From Candidatus Accumulibacter necessarius (lineage in GTDB: Bacteria > Pseudomonadota > Gammaproteobacteria > Burkholderiales > Rhodocyclaceae), in the NCBI GenBank assembly GCA_017302435.1, contig JAFLDL010000017.1, positions 14,492 to 78,491 on the forward strand: a stretch of DNA of 64,000 bases, written 5' to 3'. The position numbers and the translations under genes are program-made. How positions within the stretch are numbered: the stretch's first letter is position 1; each line of letters starts with the position of its first letter. The notes under the pieces are model-generated. The model worked only from the letters and a program-made list of their open reading frames with translations, was not told where the DNA came from and did no database searches. Positions 1 through 9,220 of this stretch are shown piece after piece.

Positions 1-1668
1 TCCCTGCGAAGGCTGCAGACCAGTCGTTTCAGTATCGAAGACGGTATAGCTCAACTCCACCAGCGAGCGGTCGTCGAGTTCATGGCTGGCAGCCGACCAG
101 CCAAAGATATCGAAATCATAGAATTCGGGACGCTCACCCTCGCCTGCGGCGACGATCGCCCGCGGCAGATCCTTCGGCGGCTCGGCGGCCGGTAGCATGG
201 TGCGGAAAAAGGCACGGTGCGAAACCCGCTCGCGCTGAAACCAGATCTCGCCGTTGCAGCGTTCGATCACATCGAGCACGCTGAGTGGCAATGACTCGCC
301 AGCCGTCGTCATCGGATCCTGCAGCCAGCTCATCGCCGTTTCGTTGTTCATGAAGGTGCCTAGCCACGACAGATCGAACTGCGCCAACTGTCCGCTGCGA
401 GTCAGCGACAGCCGTACCTCGCGTACCTCATATTCGTCCTGCAAGCGCAGGGCCAGATAGCGCAAGGCCTGCAAGAGTCCGAAGGTGTCCACCCGCAGCC
501 ACAGGTCATCATCGACGTCTTCGGTCTTGACGGCCAGCGCGCGCCGCTCGCTCGTGCGTCGCTCGGCGATGCGTCGCGCAGCCACCAGCAGGAGTTCGCC
601 GCCCAGGATTTCCTCCAGCAACCAGCGCTCACGCAGATCATTCGAGAAGGCGCTCGCCGCCTTCTCGAACTGGAGCGACAGTACGGCAGCCTCGTCACGA
701 ATGACGCGCAGGAACCGGTCGCGCTGCTGACTCGGCATGTCAGAAAAGTCGGAGAGCATTTCACCCGCCGCGCGAATGCTGCCCAGGGGTCCGCGCCCGC
801 CCTCGATCAGTGCCTGGATCAGCGCATCGCGCCGCGCATGGCGCTCGTTGGTACTGGTCACGTCTTCAAGCACGAGCACGAAGCCGGTAATCGAAAGTCC
901 ACCAACCTGGGCATGGTGCGGGCCGTTGCCACCCAGGACCGGCGACATGTGCGCGCGCAACAAACGTCCCGCACGCGTGGCGGTCACGAACTGCGCCGAG
1001 CCGACGAGTTGCTTGCTGTCTCCCTCGGCCCGCTCTTGACTGGCTTGCTGCAGACGTTCCAGCGCATGCCCGATCAGCGCGCGATCGAATACGGTGTAGA
1101 TCGAACGCCCAAGACCCAGCAATTCGGCATTGCTGCCGTCTTCTCCTGCCGACAGCTCCTGTTTGGCCCGCTGGTTATAGAGCAGCACGCGGCCATCGAG
1201 GTTACAGACGACGACGCTCTGGCTGAGATCGGCCATCAGCGCCGCCAAACGACTTCGTTCCTCCTCGAGCGAGGCGCGGGCTTCGCGAACGCGCTCGGCG
1301 ACATCGTTTTCGCGCGCTTCGTGCAGGGCGAGCAGTTGATTGGCGGCCTGGCCCAGGACCTGAAGTTCGCCGGCGCCATGGGCGCTCACCCGCAGGGAAC
1401 CGTGCGCCAGCGTCGCCGCGAGTTCTTCGGCCATCCGCAATGGAGCGCTGACATACAGCGCGTAAAGCCGGAAAATCATCCAGCAGCTGACGGCACAGGC
1501 GGCCAGGGTCAGGACCACCAGGGCAACGATTCTTTCCTCCGGCGTCCGGCCGCCACCGCTGCCGTCAGCTTCGCCGGCCAGCATCAACGCGGCGGTCGCG
1601 GCGACGACCGCCAGCAGAAACAGGCACACCGCTGTCGCTGCCAGGACGGGCTTGCGCGCGGTCTTCAT
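1..1668 (-). CDS. membrane-anchored sensor (TM, PAS-like region) fused to a DnaQ-type 3'-5' exonuclease domain; partial, runs off the window start
   Basis: Absent from the ORF track because it has no stop in the window. Hand translation from ATG at 1668 stays open to position 1. It starts MKTARKPVLAATAVCLFLLAVVAATAALMLAG (TM helix), contains LSQSVVVCNLDGRVLLYNQRA (PAS-like), and its last residues VELSYTVFDTETTGLQPSQG match the ExoI motif of DnaQ-like exonucleases. The start lies 4 nt after the receiver gene stop on the same strand. Confidence 0.6.
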   Translation of the reverse strand, partial: MKTARKPVLAATAVCLFLLAVVAATAALMLAGEADGSGGGRTPEERIVALVVLTLAACAVSCWMIFRLYALYVSAPLRMAEELAATLAHGSLRVSAHGAGELQVLGQAANQLLALHEARENDVAERVREARASLEEERSRLAALMADLSQSVVVCNLDGRVLLYNQRAKQELSAGEDGSNAELLGLGRSIYTVFDRALIGHALERLQQASQERAEGDSKQLVGSAQFVTATRAGRLLRAHMSPVLGGNGPHHAQVGGLSITGFVLVLEDVTSTNERHARRDALIQALIEGGRGPLGSIRAAGEMLSDFSDMPSQQRDRFLRVIRDEAAVLSLQFEKAASAFSNDLRERWLLEEILGGELLLVAARRIAERRTSERRALAVKTEDVDDDLWLRVDTFGLLQALRYLALRLQDEYEVREVRLSLTRSGQLAQFDLSWLGTFMNNETAMSWLQDPMTTAGESLPLSVLDVIERCNGEIWFQRERVSHRAFFRTMLPAAEPPKDLPRAIVAAGEGERPEFYDFDIFGWSAASHELDDRSLVELSYTVFDTETTGLQPSQG

Positions 1669-1671
1669 CGG

Positions 1672-2040
1672 CTACATTCCCAGCAGCTTGCGCACCTCGG
1701 CGAGCAACTCCTTGGTTGAAAAGGGCTTCGTCATGTAGCCATCAGCACCCAGCCCGAGACCCTTGCTCACTTCCGTATCGCGCCCCTTGGCAGTCAGCAT
1801 CAGGATGCGGGTGGCGCTCAGATCCGGATCCGCACGCAACGCCTGGCAGACGTCGAAGCCATTCATCTTCGGCATCATCACGTCGAGCAGGACGAGATCC
1901 GGCCGTTCGGCGCGCACCTTCGCCAGCGCTTCCTCGCCGTCGCCGGCCACCAGTACCTCGAAGCCCTCGCGGCGCAGCAGGAACTCGATCGAGATGACAA
2001 TATTTTGTTCGTCGTCGGCAATCAGTATTTTCTTGCTCAT
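1672..2040 (-). CDS. stand-alone CheY-like response regulator receiver
   Basis: MSKKILIADDEQNIVISIEFLLRREGFEVLVAGDGEEAL...PDLVLLDVMMPKMNGFDVC...TAKG...KPFSTKELLAEV has the typical receiver DD/D/T/K pattern and no output domain. Start moved to the internal ATG at 2040; the upstream part of the track ORF overlaps the kinase and looks non-coding. Confidence 0.85.
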   Translation of the reverse strand: MSKKILIADDEQNIVISIEFLLRREGFEVLVAGDGEEALAKVRAERPDLVLLDVMMPKMNGFDVCQALRADPDLSATRILMLTAKGRDTEVSKGLGLGADGYMTKPFSTKELLAEVRKLLGM

Positions 2041-2077
2041 CAACACTCCGATCATGAATGAACTACGCCAAAATCGA

Positions 2078-4843
2078 CTACCCACCCGCAGCCAGCGCGG
2101 GCGCCTGCTCCTGAACCGGGGCAAGAGGCAATGTAAACCGGAAAGTCGCCCCCTCGCCGGGCACGCTTTCCACCCACAGCCGCCCGCCGAGGTGCTCGAC
2201 GATCCGTCGGCTGATCGGCAGCCCGAGCCCGGTACCGGATGGTTTGGCGGTCATCGTGTCGCCCACCTGGCGGAACTTCTCGAAAACCAGCTCCTGATCC
2301 TCCGGACGAATTCCCGGACCGTTGTCGGCCACACAGACTTCGAGTTGATCGGCCAGCCGGCAAAGAGCGACACGAACCCGGCCACTGCCCGGCGTCAGGA
2401 ACTTCGCCGCGTTCGAAAGCAGATTCAGCATCACCTGGATCAGGCGATCCCGGTCAGCCAGGATCAACGGCAGATTATCGGGCAGATCAAGCTCGACGTG
2501 CGCCTCTTTCTCACGAAAGAGCTGACTGGTCGCTGCCATCGACTGTTCGATGACTTCTTTCAGGTCGAGTTCGCAGGCGTTCCAGTCCGCCCTCCCCGAC
2601 TCGATCTTTGCCAGGTCGAGGGTCTGGTTGATCAGCCGCGTCAGACGCTCGGCTTCGCTGACGATCAGCCCGAGAAAGCGCACGCGGTCGGCCAGGTGCA
2701 TCCGCGGATCGTCGCGCAGCAGTTCCGAGAAGGCCCGAATCGAGGTCAGCGGCGTCCGCAACTCGTGCGTCACCGAAGACATGATGTCGTCCTTGACCCG
2801 GTCGAGTTCCTGCAGACGCTCATTGGCCTCCTGCAGCTCCAGCGTGGCCGCAGTCAGCTCGCGCGACTTGCGCTCGAGTTCGCGGCTGTAGGTACGCAGT
2901 TGCGACGCCTCGTCGAGGATATGCATCACCTCGTCGATGCTCAGCGGCTCCTCCTTGGCCACCGAGGCGACCATCACCCGCGCCGAGGCACTGCCGATCG
3001 CGCCGGCGAGCAATGATTCCGAGAACTGCACCAGCCGGGCATCGGCCTCCAGCGCGTTGCCCTCGCCTACGCCGTGTCGGCGGGCATAGCCAGCAAAGGC
3101 CAGCTCGGCCTTCGTCGGGCCGAGAAAACGGCCAACCAGTTCCTGCAGATCACTCACCTTCGCGCGCCCTCGCCAGAGCACCGCACCGATCGGACCGCTT
3201 TCCTTCAGTGCGTCGACGAATACCGTCGCCTGCGTCGCCTCGGCCACCTCCGGTGGCCGCAACAGCGAAACGCCGACATAGGCGCCAATATTGGCGAGGA
3301 AACTCCAGAACAGGCAGTGCGAAATCTCGTCAATGCCGGTCAGACCAAACAGCTGCTGGGGCCGCAACAGCTCCATTCCAAACACTCCCTGCGTCAGAAA
3401 GCCATCCGGCAGCCAGCCGGACTTGGCAAACGACGGCAATAGCAAGGTGTAGCCCCAGACCAGAAAGCCTGCCGACAGACCGGCGAGGGCGCCGCCGCGC
3501 GTTCCACCCCGCCAGTACATGCCACCGATCATCGCCGGCGCGAACTGGGCCACGGCCGAGAAGCTGATCAGGCCGATGGCGACCAGCGCGTAAGCCTCGC
3601 CCGCCAGCCGGAAGTAAAGATAGCCAAGCAGCAGGATGGCGACAATCGCACCGCGGCGGATACCGAGCAGCAGACCGGAGAGGTCTCTGGCCTCTTCCAG
3701 CGTCTCCCTTTGATGGCGCAGCAGCAACGGCATGACCAGGTCGTTGCAGACCATGGTCGACAGGGCGATGGTTTCGACGATGACCATGCCAGTGCCCGCC
3801 GACAGACCACCGATGAACACCAGCAGCGCCAGCCCCTCCTGCCGCTGCGACATCGGCAGGGTCAGGACGAAGGTATCGGCATCGACTCCCTGCCCCGAGA
3901 AATGCAGCAGACCGCCAAGCGCGATCGGCAGAACGAAGAGATTGATCAGCAACAGATAGAGCGGAAACAGCCAGGCTGCCCGCTTCAGGTGCGCCTCATT
4001 GACGTTCTCGACGACGGCAACCTGGAACTGTCGCGGCAAAAAGAGAACCGCCATCGCCGACAGCATGATGAGCGCAAACCAGCCCGTGTAGCCCTGGCCG
4101 GATGGAATCGCACTCGTCAGGTGGCGCAGTTCCGGGTGGGTCTCGACATGCTCGAAAATGTCGCCGAAACCATCGTAGAGCCCATAGGTGACAAAGACGC
4201 CGACCGCGATGAAGGCGACTAGTTTGACGCCGGATTCGAGCGCAATCGCCGCCACCATGCCCTCGTGGCGTTCAGTGGCGTCAAGGTGCCGGGTACCGAA
4301 GACAATCGTGAAGGCTGCCAGGATCAGCGCTATGTAGAAGCTGATGTCGGCGGCCACCGGCAGCGTCGGACTGCGATTCGGCATGACGATTTCCGGGTAG
4401 CTGAGGAACAGGCTGACGGTGCTCGAAACGGCCTTCAGCTGCAGGGCGATGTACGGAATGATGCCCACCACGGCGATGATCGTCACCAGACCACCGAGAA
4501 GATGACTCTTGCCGTAGCGCGAGGAAATGAAGTCGGCGATCGAGGTGATGCGGTTAGCCTTGACGATGCGGATCATCTTCAGCAGCACGAACCAGCCGAG
4601 CGCCATCACCAGCGTTGGCCCCAGGTAGACCGGCAGGAAGCCGATTCCCGATACCGCCGCGCGCCCGACACTGCCATAGAAGGTCCAGGTCGTGCAGTAG
4701 ACGGCCATCGACAGGGCATAGATGGTCGGGTTGGCGATGATCGAGCGTCCCTGATCAGCGCGCTTGTCACCCCACCAGGCGACCGCAAACAGCAGCCCGA
4801 GATAGAGCAGCGAGACGGCGATCAGGACCGGGGCGTCAAGCAT
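2078..4843 (-). CDS. sensor histidine kinase with N-terminal sodium:solute symporter (SSS) family domain (CbrA/CrbS-like architecture)
   Basis: 921 aa. The N-terminal ~500 aa are polytopic membrane sequence (MLDAPVLIAVSLLYLGLLFAVAWWGDKRA...YCTTWTFYGSVG). The C-terminus has an H-box (SSVTHELRTPLTSI) and HATPase N/G boxes (LLSNAAKF, DNGPGI, GTGLGLPISRRIVE). Confidence 0.85.
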   Translation of the reverse strand: MLDAPVLIAVSLLYLGLLFAVAWWGDKRADQGRSIIANPTIYALSMAVYCTTWTFYGSVGRAAVSGIGFLPVYLGPTLVMALGWFVLLKMIRIVKANRITSIADFISSRYGKSHLLGGLVTIIAVVGIIPYIALQLKAVSSTVSLFLSYPEIVMPNRSPTLPVAADISFYIALILAAFTIVFGTRHLDATERHEGMVAAIALESGVKLVAFIAVGVFVTYGLYDGFGDIFEHVETHPELRHLTSAIPSGQGYTGWFALIMLSAMAVLFLPRQFQVAVVENVNEAHLKRAAWLFPLYLLLINLFVLPIALGGLLHFSGQGVDADTFVLTLPMSQRQEGLALLVFIGGLSAGTGMVIVETIALSTMVCNDLVMPLLLRHQRETLEEARDLSGLLLGIRRGAIVAILLLGYLYFRLAGEAYALVAIGLISFSAVAQFAPAMIGGMYWRGGTRGGALAGLSAGFLVWGYTLLLPSFAKSGWLPDGFLTQGVFGMELLRPQQLFGLTGIDEISHCLFWSFLANIGAYVGVSLLRPPEVAEATQATVFVDALKESGPIGAVLWRGRAKVSDLQELVGRFLGPTKAELAFAGYARRHGVGEGNALEADARLVQFSESLLAGAIGSASARVMVASVAKEEPLSIDEVMHILDEASQLRTYSRELERKSRELTAATLELQEANERLQELDRVKDDIMSSVTHELRTPLTSIRAFSELLRDDPRMHLADRVRFLGLIVSEAERLTRLINQTLDLAKIESGRADWNACELDLKEVIEQSMAATSQLFREKEAHVELDLPDNLPLILADRDRLIQVMLNLLSNAAKFLTPGSGRVRVALCRLADQLEVCVADNGPGIRPEDQELVFEKFRQVGDTMTAKPSGTGLGLPISRRIVEHLGGRLWVESVPGEGATFRFTLPLAPVQEQAPALAAGG

Positions 4844-4852
4844 CGTCGGCGC

Positions 4853-5053
4853 CTATCGGATACGGCCTTCGATCGCCCAGGCCATCAGGCCGATGACCGC
4901 GATCCAGGCGCAAAAGACATACGCGTAGACCAGGGGAATCCCGAAGATCTCGGTTGGTCGGTCGAAAAGGGAAAGCAGCGGGTAATTGAACAGCACACAG
5001 CCCACCAGGAACGCCGCGATCAGTCGGTCCCCAGCCAGTATCCTGCGATGCAT
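4853..5053 (-). CDS. small two-TM membrane protein preceding the SSS-domain kinase (DUF3311-like position)
   Basis: MHRRILAGDRLIAAFLVGCVLFNYPLLSLF...GIPLVYAYVFCAWIAVIGLMAWAI has two hydrophobic helices. A strong RBS (GGGAGGGTGAG) precedes the ATG at 5053. The gene ends 10 nt upstream of the kinase start. Confidence 0.5.
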   Translation of the reverse strand: MHRRILAGDRLIAAFLVGCVLFNYPLLSLFDRPTEIFGIPLVYAYVFCAWIAVIGLMAWAIEGRIR

Positions 5054-5180
5054 CTCACCCTCCCGATTCGCAAGTGATGGCACCAGCCAGCCGCAGGCTG
5101 CCTGGTCATGGCCATCGTCAATCAGCCCTCGTCAGCCGCTATACTGCCGACAGTCACTCCTCCCTGGGGAAGCCCCCGAG

Positions 5181-5333
5181 ATGATCCACCCCGCTCTCGA
5201 CCAGCAGCCAGGCCTTGCCGGCACGGCCTGCACCGAGATCCGTCGCGATGCCGCCCAAGGCATCGCCCGCATTGTCATCAATCGGCCCCGGAGACGCAAT
5301 GCCTTTCGACCAGAAACCATTCACCAGCGATGA
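5181..5333 (+). pseudogene. N-terminal remnant of a crotonase-superfamily gene (MenB/BadI-like enoyl-CoA hydratase), about 50 codons
   Basis: Translation is MIHPALDQQPGLAGTACTEIRRDAAQGIARIVINRPRRRNAFRPETIHQR*. The segment GIARIVINRPRRRNAFRPET matches the conserved MenB/crotonase N-terminal signature (GIAKITINRPxVRNAFRP). The frame stops after ~50 codons, and its TGA overlaps the helicase ATG (ATGA at 5330-5333). Confidence 0.35.
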
Positions 5334-7435
5334 GAATGCCTGACAAGAATAGCCGAAACGTCACCGACCCGCTGGCGCAGCTCAATCAGGCGCAGCGCGC
5401 CGCTGCCACGTTCGGCATCGACCAGCACCCAGCAGCAGCCGGCAGCGACCACCCTCCCCTGCTGGTGATCGCCGGCGCCGGATCGGGCAAGACCAGCACG
5501 CTCGCGCACCGGGTCGCGCAGATCGTCAGCCAGGGCACCGATCCCGGCCGCATTCTGCTGCTGACCTTCTCGCGCCGCGCAGCCAGCGAAATGACGCGCC
5601 GCGTCGAGCGGATCCTGAGCCGGCGAACCAGGGCCAGCTCGCTCCCGACCGCGGCCGCGCTGGCCTGGTCCGGCACCTTCCACAGCGTCGGCGCGCGCCT
5701 GCTGCGCGAGTACGCCGGCCGCATTGGTCTCGATCCGGCGTTCACCATCCATGACCGACAGGACTCGGCCGACCTGATGAACCTGGTGCGCCATGGCCTC
5801 GGCCTGTCGGCGAAGAGCAGGCGTTTTCCCCTCAAGACGACCTGCCTGGCGATCTACTCGGCGGTGCTCAACACGCAGGCGACGCTGGTCGAAGTACTGC
5901 AGTCGCGCTTTCCCTGGTGCAGCGAATGGGACGCCGACCTCAAGCGCCTGTTCCTCGAATACGTCGAGACGAAGCAGGCGCAGCGGGTGCTCGACTACGA
6001 CGACCTGCTGCTCTATTGGGCGCAGATGGTCGGCGAACCCGAGCTCGGCCGGGAAATCGGCGAGCGTTTCAGCCATGTGCTCGTTGACGAGTACCAGGAC
6101 ACCAATCGGCTGCAGGCGGCGATCCTGCTGGCGATGAAACCCGATGGCCGGGGCCTCACCGTCGTCGGCGACGACGCCCAGTCGATCTATGCCTTTCGCG
6201 GTGCGACGGTACGCAACATCCTCGATTTCCCCCGCCACTTCGAGCCGCCGGCGCAGGTCGTGACACTCGACCGCAACTACCGCTCGACGCAGCCGATCCT
6301 GGCCGCCGCCAACCAGGTGATCGCCGGCGCCGCCGAACGCTTCACCAAGGATTTGTGGAGCGACCGCGTCGCCGCCGAAAGGCCGCGGCTGATCTCGCTG
6401 CGCGACGACGCCGACCAGGCGCTCTACGTCGTCGAACAGACGCTCGCCCGACGCGAGGCCGGCGTCCAGCTCAAGGCGCAGGCGGTGCTCTTCCGGACGG
6501 CACAGCACAGCGTCCGCCTGGAGATCGAGTTGACGCGGCGCAATATCCCATTCGTCAAGTTCGGCGGTCTCAAGTTTCTCGAAGCGGCGCATGTCAAGGA
6601 TGTCCTAGCCATCCTGCGCTGGGCGCAGAATTCGCGCGACCACCTGGCCGGTTTCCGCGCCATGCAACTGGTCGCCGGCATCGGCCCGAAAACCGCCGGC
6701 CGGGTGCTGGCCAACGTCAGCACGGCCAACCCCGCTTGCCAGCTGCTCGGCGAACAGCCGGTGCCGGACACGGCAAGATCCGCCTGGCTCGAGTTCGCGG
6801 CGGTGGTCGAAGCCGGCGGCCGGGACGCCACTCCCTGGCCGGCCCCCTTCGACCGGATCTGCGGCTGGTACCAGGCACAGATCGATCGCCTGCATGACGA
6901 CGCCGAAGTCCGGCAGGCCGACCTCGAACAGCTCGGCCGCATCGCCGCGACGTATCCCGGCGCGGAACGTTTCCTCACCGAACTGACGCTCGACCCGCCC
7001 GACGCCAGCAGCGACGAGGCCGGCACGCCGCTGCTCGACGAGGACTATCTGATCCTGTCGACCATCCACTCGGCCAAGGGCCAGGAGTGGACCGCGGTCA
7101 CCGTCCTCAACGCCGTCGATGGCTGTATCCCCTCCGACATGGCCACCGGCTCGACGGCTGAAATCGAGGAGGAACGCCGCCTGCTGTATGTCGCCATGAC
7201 GCGCGCCAAAGACCACCTCGAGATCCTGCTGCCGCAGCGCTTCTACGTTTCGCATCAGCCCGGATTCGGCGATCGCCACGTCTACGCCAACCGCACGCGC
7301 TTCATCGGCAATGCCTTGCTGCCGTATTTCGAACAGATCTCGTGGCCACCCCCAGCCGAAGCGCGGGTCGCCAATCCGCAGGCGAAGCAGCAGGCGCTCG
7401 ACCTCGCGGCGCGGATGCGGGCGATGTGGAGGTAA
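5330..7435 (+). CDS. UvrD/Rep/PcrA-family ATP-dependent DNA helicase
   Basis: Walker A (AGAGSGKTSTLAHRVA), motif II (VLVDEYQDTN), and the DDAQSIYAFRGA, LDRNYRST, STIHSAKGQEW and LLYVAMTRAK motifs. Start set at the internal ATG (MRMPDKNS...) because the upstream part of the track ORF is Pro/Arg-rich shadow sequence. Confidence 0.85.
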   Translation: MRMPDKNSRNVTDPLAQLNQAQRAAATFGIDQHPAAAGSDHPPLLVIAGAGSGKTSTLAHRVAQIVSQGTDPGRILLLTFSRRAASEMTRRVERILSRRTRASSLPTAAALAWSGTFHSVGARLLREYAGRIGLDPAFTIHDRQDSADLMNLVRHGLGLSAKSRRFPLKTTCLAIYSAVLNTQATLVEVLQSRFPWCSEWDADLKRLFLEYVETKQAQRVLDYDDLLLYWAQMVGEPELGREIGERFSHVLVDEYQDTNRLQAAILLAMKPDGRGLTVVGDDAQSIYAFRGATVRNILDFPRHFEPPAQVVTLDRNYRSTQPILAAANQVIAGAAERFTKDLWSDRVAAERPRLISLRDDADQALYVVEQTLARREAGVQLKAQAVLFRTAQHSVRLEIELTRRNIPFVKFGGLKFLEAAHVKDVLAILRWAQNSRDHLAGFRAMQLVAGIGPKTAGRVLANVSTANPACQLLGEQPVPDTARSAWLEFAAVVEAGGRDATPWPAPFDRICGWYQAQIDRLHDDAEVRQADLEQLGRIAATYPGAERFLTELTLDPPDASSDEAGTPLLDEDYLILSTIHSAKGQEWTAVTVLNAVDGCIPSDMATGSTAEIEEERRLLYVAMTRAKDHLEILLPQRFYVSHQPGFGDRHVYANRTRFIGNALLPYFEQISWPPPAEARVANPQAKQQALDLAARMRAMWR

Positions 7436-7694
7436 GCCCAGGGCGCTGCCTCCACCGAAAGAGAGGCTGGAGGAGTTTCTCAGTAGCAGGAAAAGCTGTT
7501 AGCATTGGTTTCGTCTGTTTGAGCACGAACAACCAATGGACTTTAATCGCGCCAGATCAACCCATCCCGTTGGCGATTGTTCAACGCCGCAGGCTAGCCA
7601 GTGGGCGAGTGTTCCTGCCTCGGCCTTGCACGCCAAGGGCAGTCATCCAGATGGCGAGAGAAGTCGATGATGGCTAGATTGCTTGGAGTTGGAT

Positions 7695-7961
7695 ATGGTA
7701 ACGATTTTCATCAGCAGCCTTCCCTTTCGAGCCGACGAAGCGTTTATCCGCGATCTGTTCAGCCCCTATGGCCGGGTCGTGTCGATTGATCTGCATGCTG
7801 ACTGGGTCAATCCGACCCATGAGCCTTATGCCTATGTCGACTTGGACGCCACAGACCCGCAACTGGCGGTAGACGCACTGGATGGCCAGAAATTTGGCCA
7901 GAACCATATCCGTGTGCATGAGCGGGTGATGCCGCCAAGCCGTGAGGTCAAGGCCGTCTGA
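7695..7961 (+). CDS. RRM-type RNA-binding protein
   Basis: MVTIFISSLPFRADEAFIRDLFSPYGRVVSIDL...YAYVDL...ALDGQKFGQNHIRV has RNP2-like (IFISSL) and RNP1-like (YAYVDL) elements. GGAG lies 7 nt before the ATG. Confidence 0.8.
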   Translation: MVTIFISSLPFRADEAFIRDLFSPYGRVVSIDLHADWVNPTHEPYAYVDLDATDPQLAVDALDGQKFGQNHIRVHERVMPPSREVKAV

Positions 7962-8002
7962 ACGCCCTCCCATTCCCCACTCGTCCTTTCGGAGCGACCC
8001 GC

Positions 8003-9187
8003 ATGGCCAAGGATATCGACCAGCAGATCCTCAATGATCTGCGCCAGTTTGACTTTGTGTCGCAGAAGATCTGGCCCCATGTGCGACGCCTGTTCAAAGG
8101 CAAGATAGCCGCGCGCTGCAGCCAATGCGTCATTTCGTCACATGTGCCCTATATCACGCTGACCGACGGCGTCTGCAACCTGTGCCACGAGCACAACAAG
8201 TTGCGCGCCAATGACGATGAAACGCTCTGGCAGAAGAAGTACGTCGAGCATCAGCGCCAGGAACTGGACCAACTGCTGAAAAGCCATCAGGGCAAAGGAC
8301 GCGACCGTTACGACGCTCTCGTCCTATTCAGCGGCGGCAAGGACAGCGTGTACATGCTGTCGCGGCTACGCAAGGAATACCCTGGCCTGCGCATTCTCCT
8401 GATGACCTGGGACAATGGCTTCTATTCCATACTGTCGCTGCAACGCTGCGAGGAAGTCGCAGTCAAACTCGACCTCGACCACATCGTCTACAAACCGCGC
8501 TCGTCGGTTTACAAGACGCTGTACCGCTATACGCTGAAGAACGTCGAGATGAAGGGCAGCTATCAGACGGTCGACCGCCTGGATGGTACGCTGAACCAGA
8601 TGCTGGGCTTTTATTTCGCTTATGACATGAATATTCCGCTGGTCCTGGCTGGTGTCGATTTCGCGCAGGAACTGATCATGCAGTTCCATTCCTACTACGT
8701 GATGCCGTTCGAGGACATGTGTTCGCGCATCCTGACCGACCGCATGGAGCGCCGGTCAGGCTTCAAGATTGCCGACATCTTCACTGAGGAAGACCAGAAG
8801 CTGTTCTGGGACGGCACCGGCAAGGACCCCGATCGCATTCCGCAATACGTGCTGCCCTTCGTCGCCTGGCGCCCCGACAAGGCGGCCATTCTCGGCGAAC
8901 TCGAACAGGAGAGCCTGATGCCGGAGCGTGACTCATCGCCCATCCTGACAAACAATCAGGTGCTTTCGATCATGACCGCCATCGACATCAAGACGATCGG
9001 CTACTGCAGCTTTGAACCGGAGTTCGCCGAGATGATCCGCTTCCGCGAAAACGATCCGGTCTATTGGCGAAACGCCTTTGAGATGGCCGAGTTCGGTGCT
9101 CGCAACAAGATTTTCCTGCAACGGACGGTTTCAAAGGTGCTGCGCAAGCTTGACCTGACCTATCAAGAGGTGGGTCTCGAAGCCTAG
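8003..9187 (+). CDS. Zn-ribbon + PP-loop ATP pyrophosphatase, N-acetyl-sugar amidotransferase-like (WbuX/PseA-type architecture)
   Basis: N-terminal CxxC...CxxC (CSQCVISSHVPYITLTDGVCNLCHEH) is followed by the PP-loop SGGKDS (ALVLFSGGKDSVYMLSRL). RBS GGAG lies 8 nt upstream. Family assignment rests on motifs only. Confidence 0.7.
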   Translation: MAKDIDQQILNDLRQFDFVSQKIWPHVRRLFKGKIAARCSQCVISSHVPYITLTDGVCNLCHEHNKLRANDDETLWQKKYVEHQRQELDQLLKSHQGKGRDRYDALVLFSGGKDSVYMLSRLRKEYPGLRILLMTWDNGFYSILSLQRCEEVAVKLDLDHIVYKPRSSVYKTLYRYTLKNVEMKGSYQTVDRLDGTLNQMLGFYFAYDMNIPLVLAGVDFAQELIMQFHSYYVMPFEDMCSRILTDRMERRSGFKIADIFTEEDQKLFWDGTGKDPDRIPQYVLPFVAWRPDKAAILGELEQESLMPERDSSPILTNNQVLSIMTAIDIKTIGYCSFEPEFAEMIRFRENDPVYWRNAFEMAEFGARNKIFLQRTVSKVLRKLDLTYQEVGLEA

Positions 9188-9220
9188 CAGCCAAGCGCTT
9201 CGCGGAGGCTGGCTTGCCAG

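Noticed and set aside
838-1719. 293-aa plus-strand ORF at the left edge
   Set aside because: The opposite strand carries a continuous open frame from 1668 to the window edge with a TM helix, a PAS-like region and a DnaQ ExoI motif. The plus-strand translation has no features.
7440-7690. Possible tRNA, att site or second copy of the mnmA repeat at the left edge of the accessory locus
   Set aside because: I could find no cloverleaf-like structure and no similarity to the 68-bp repeat by eye. There is only a weak hairpin (CCTCCA...TGGAGG) after the helicase stop.
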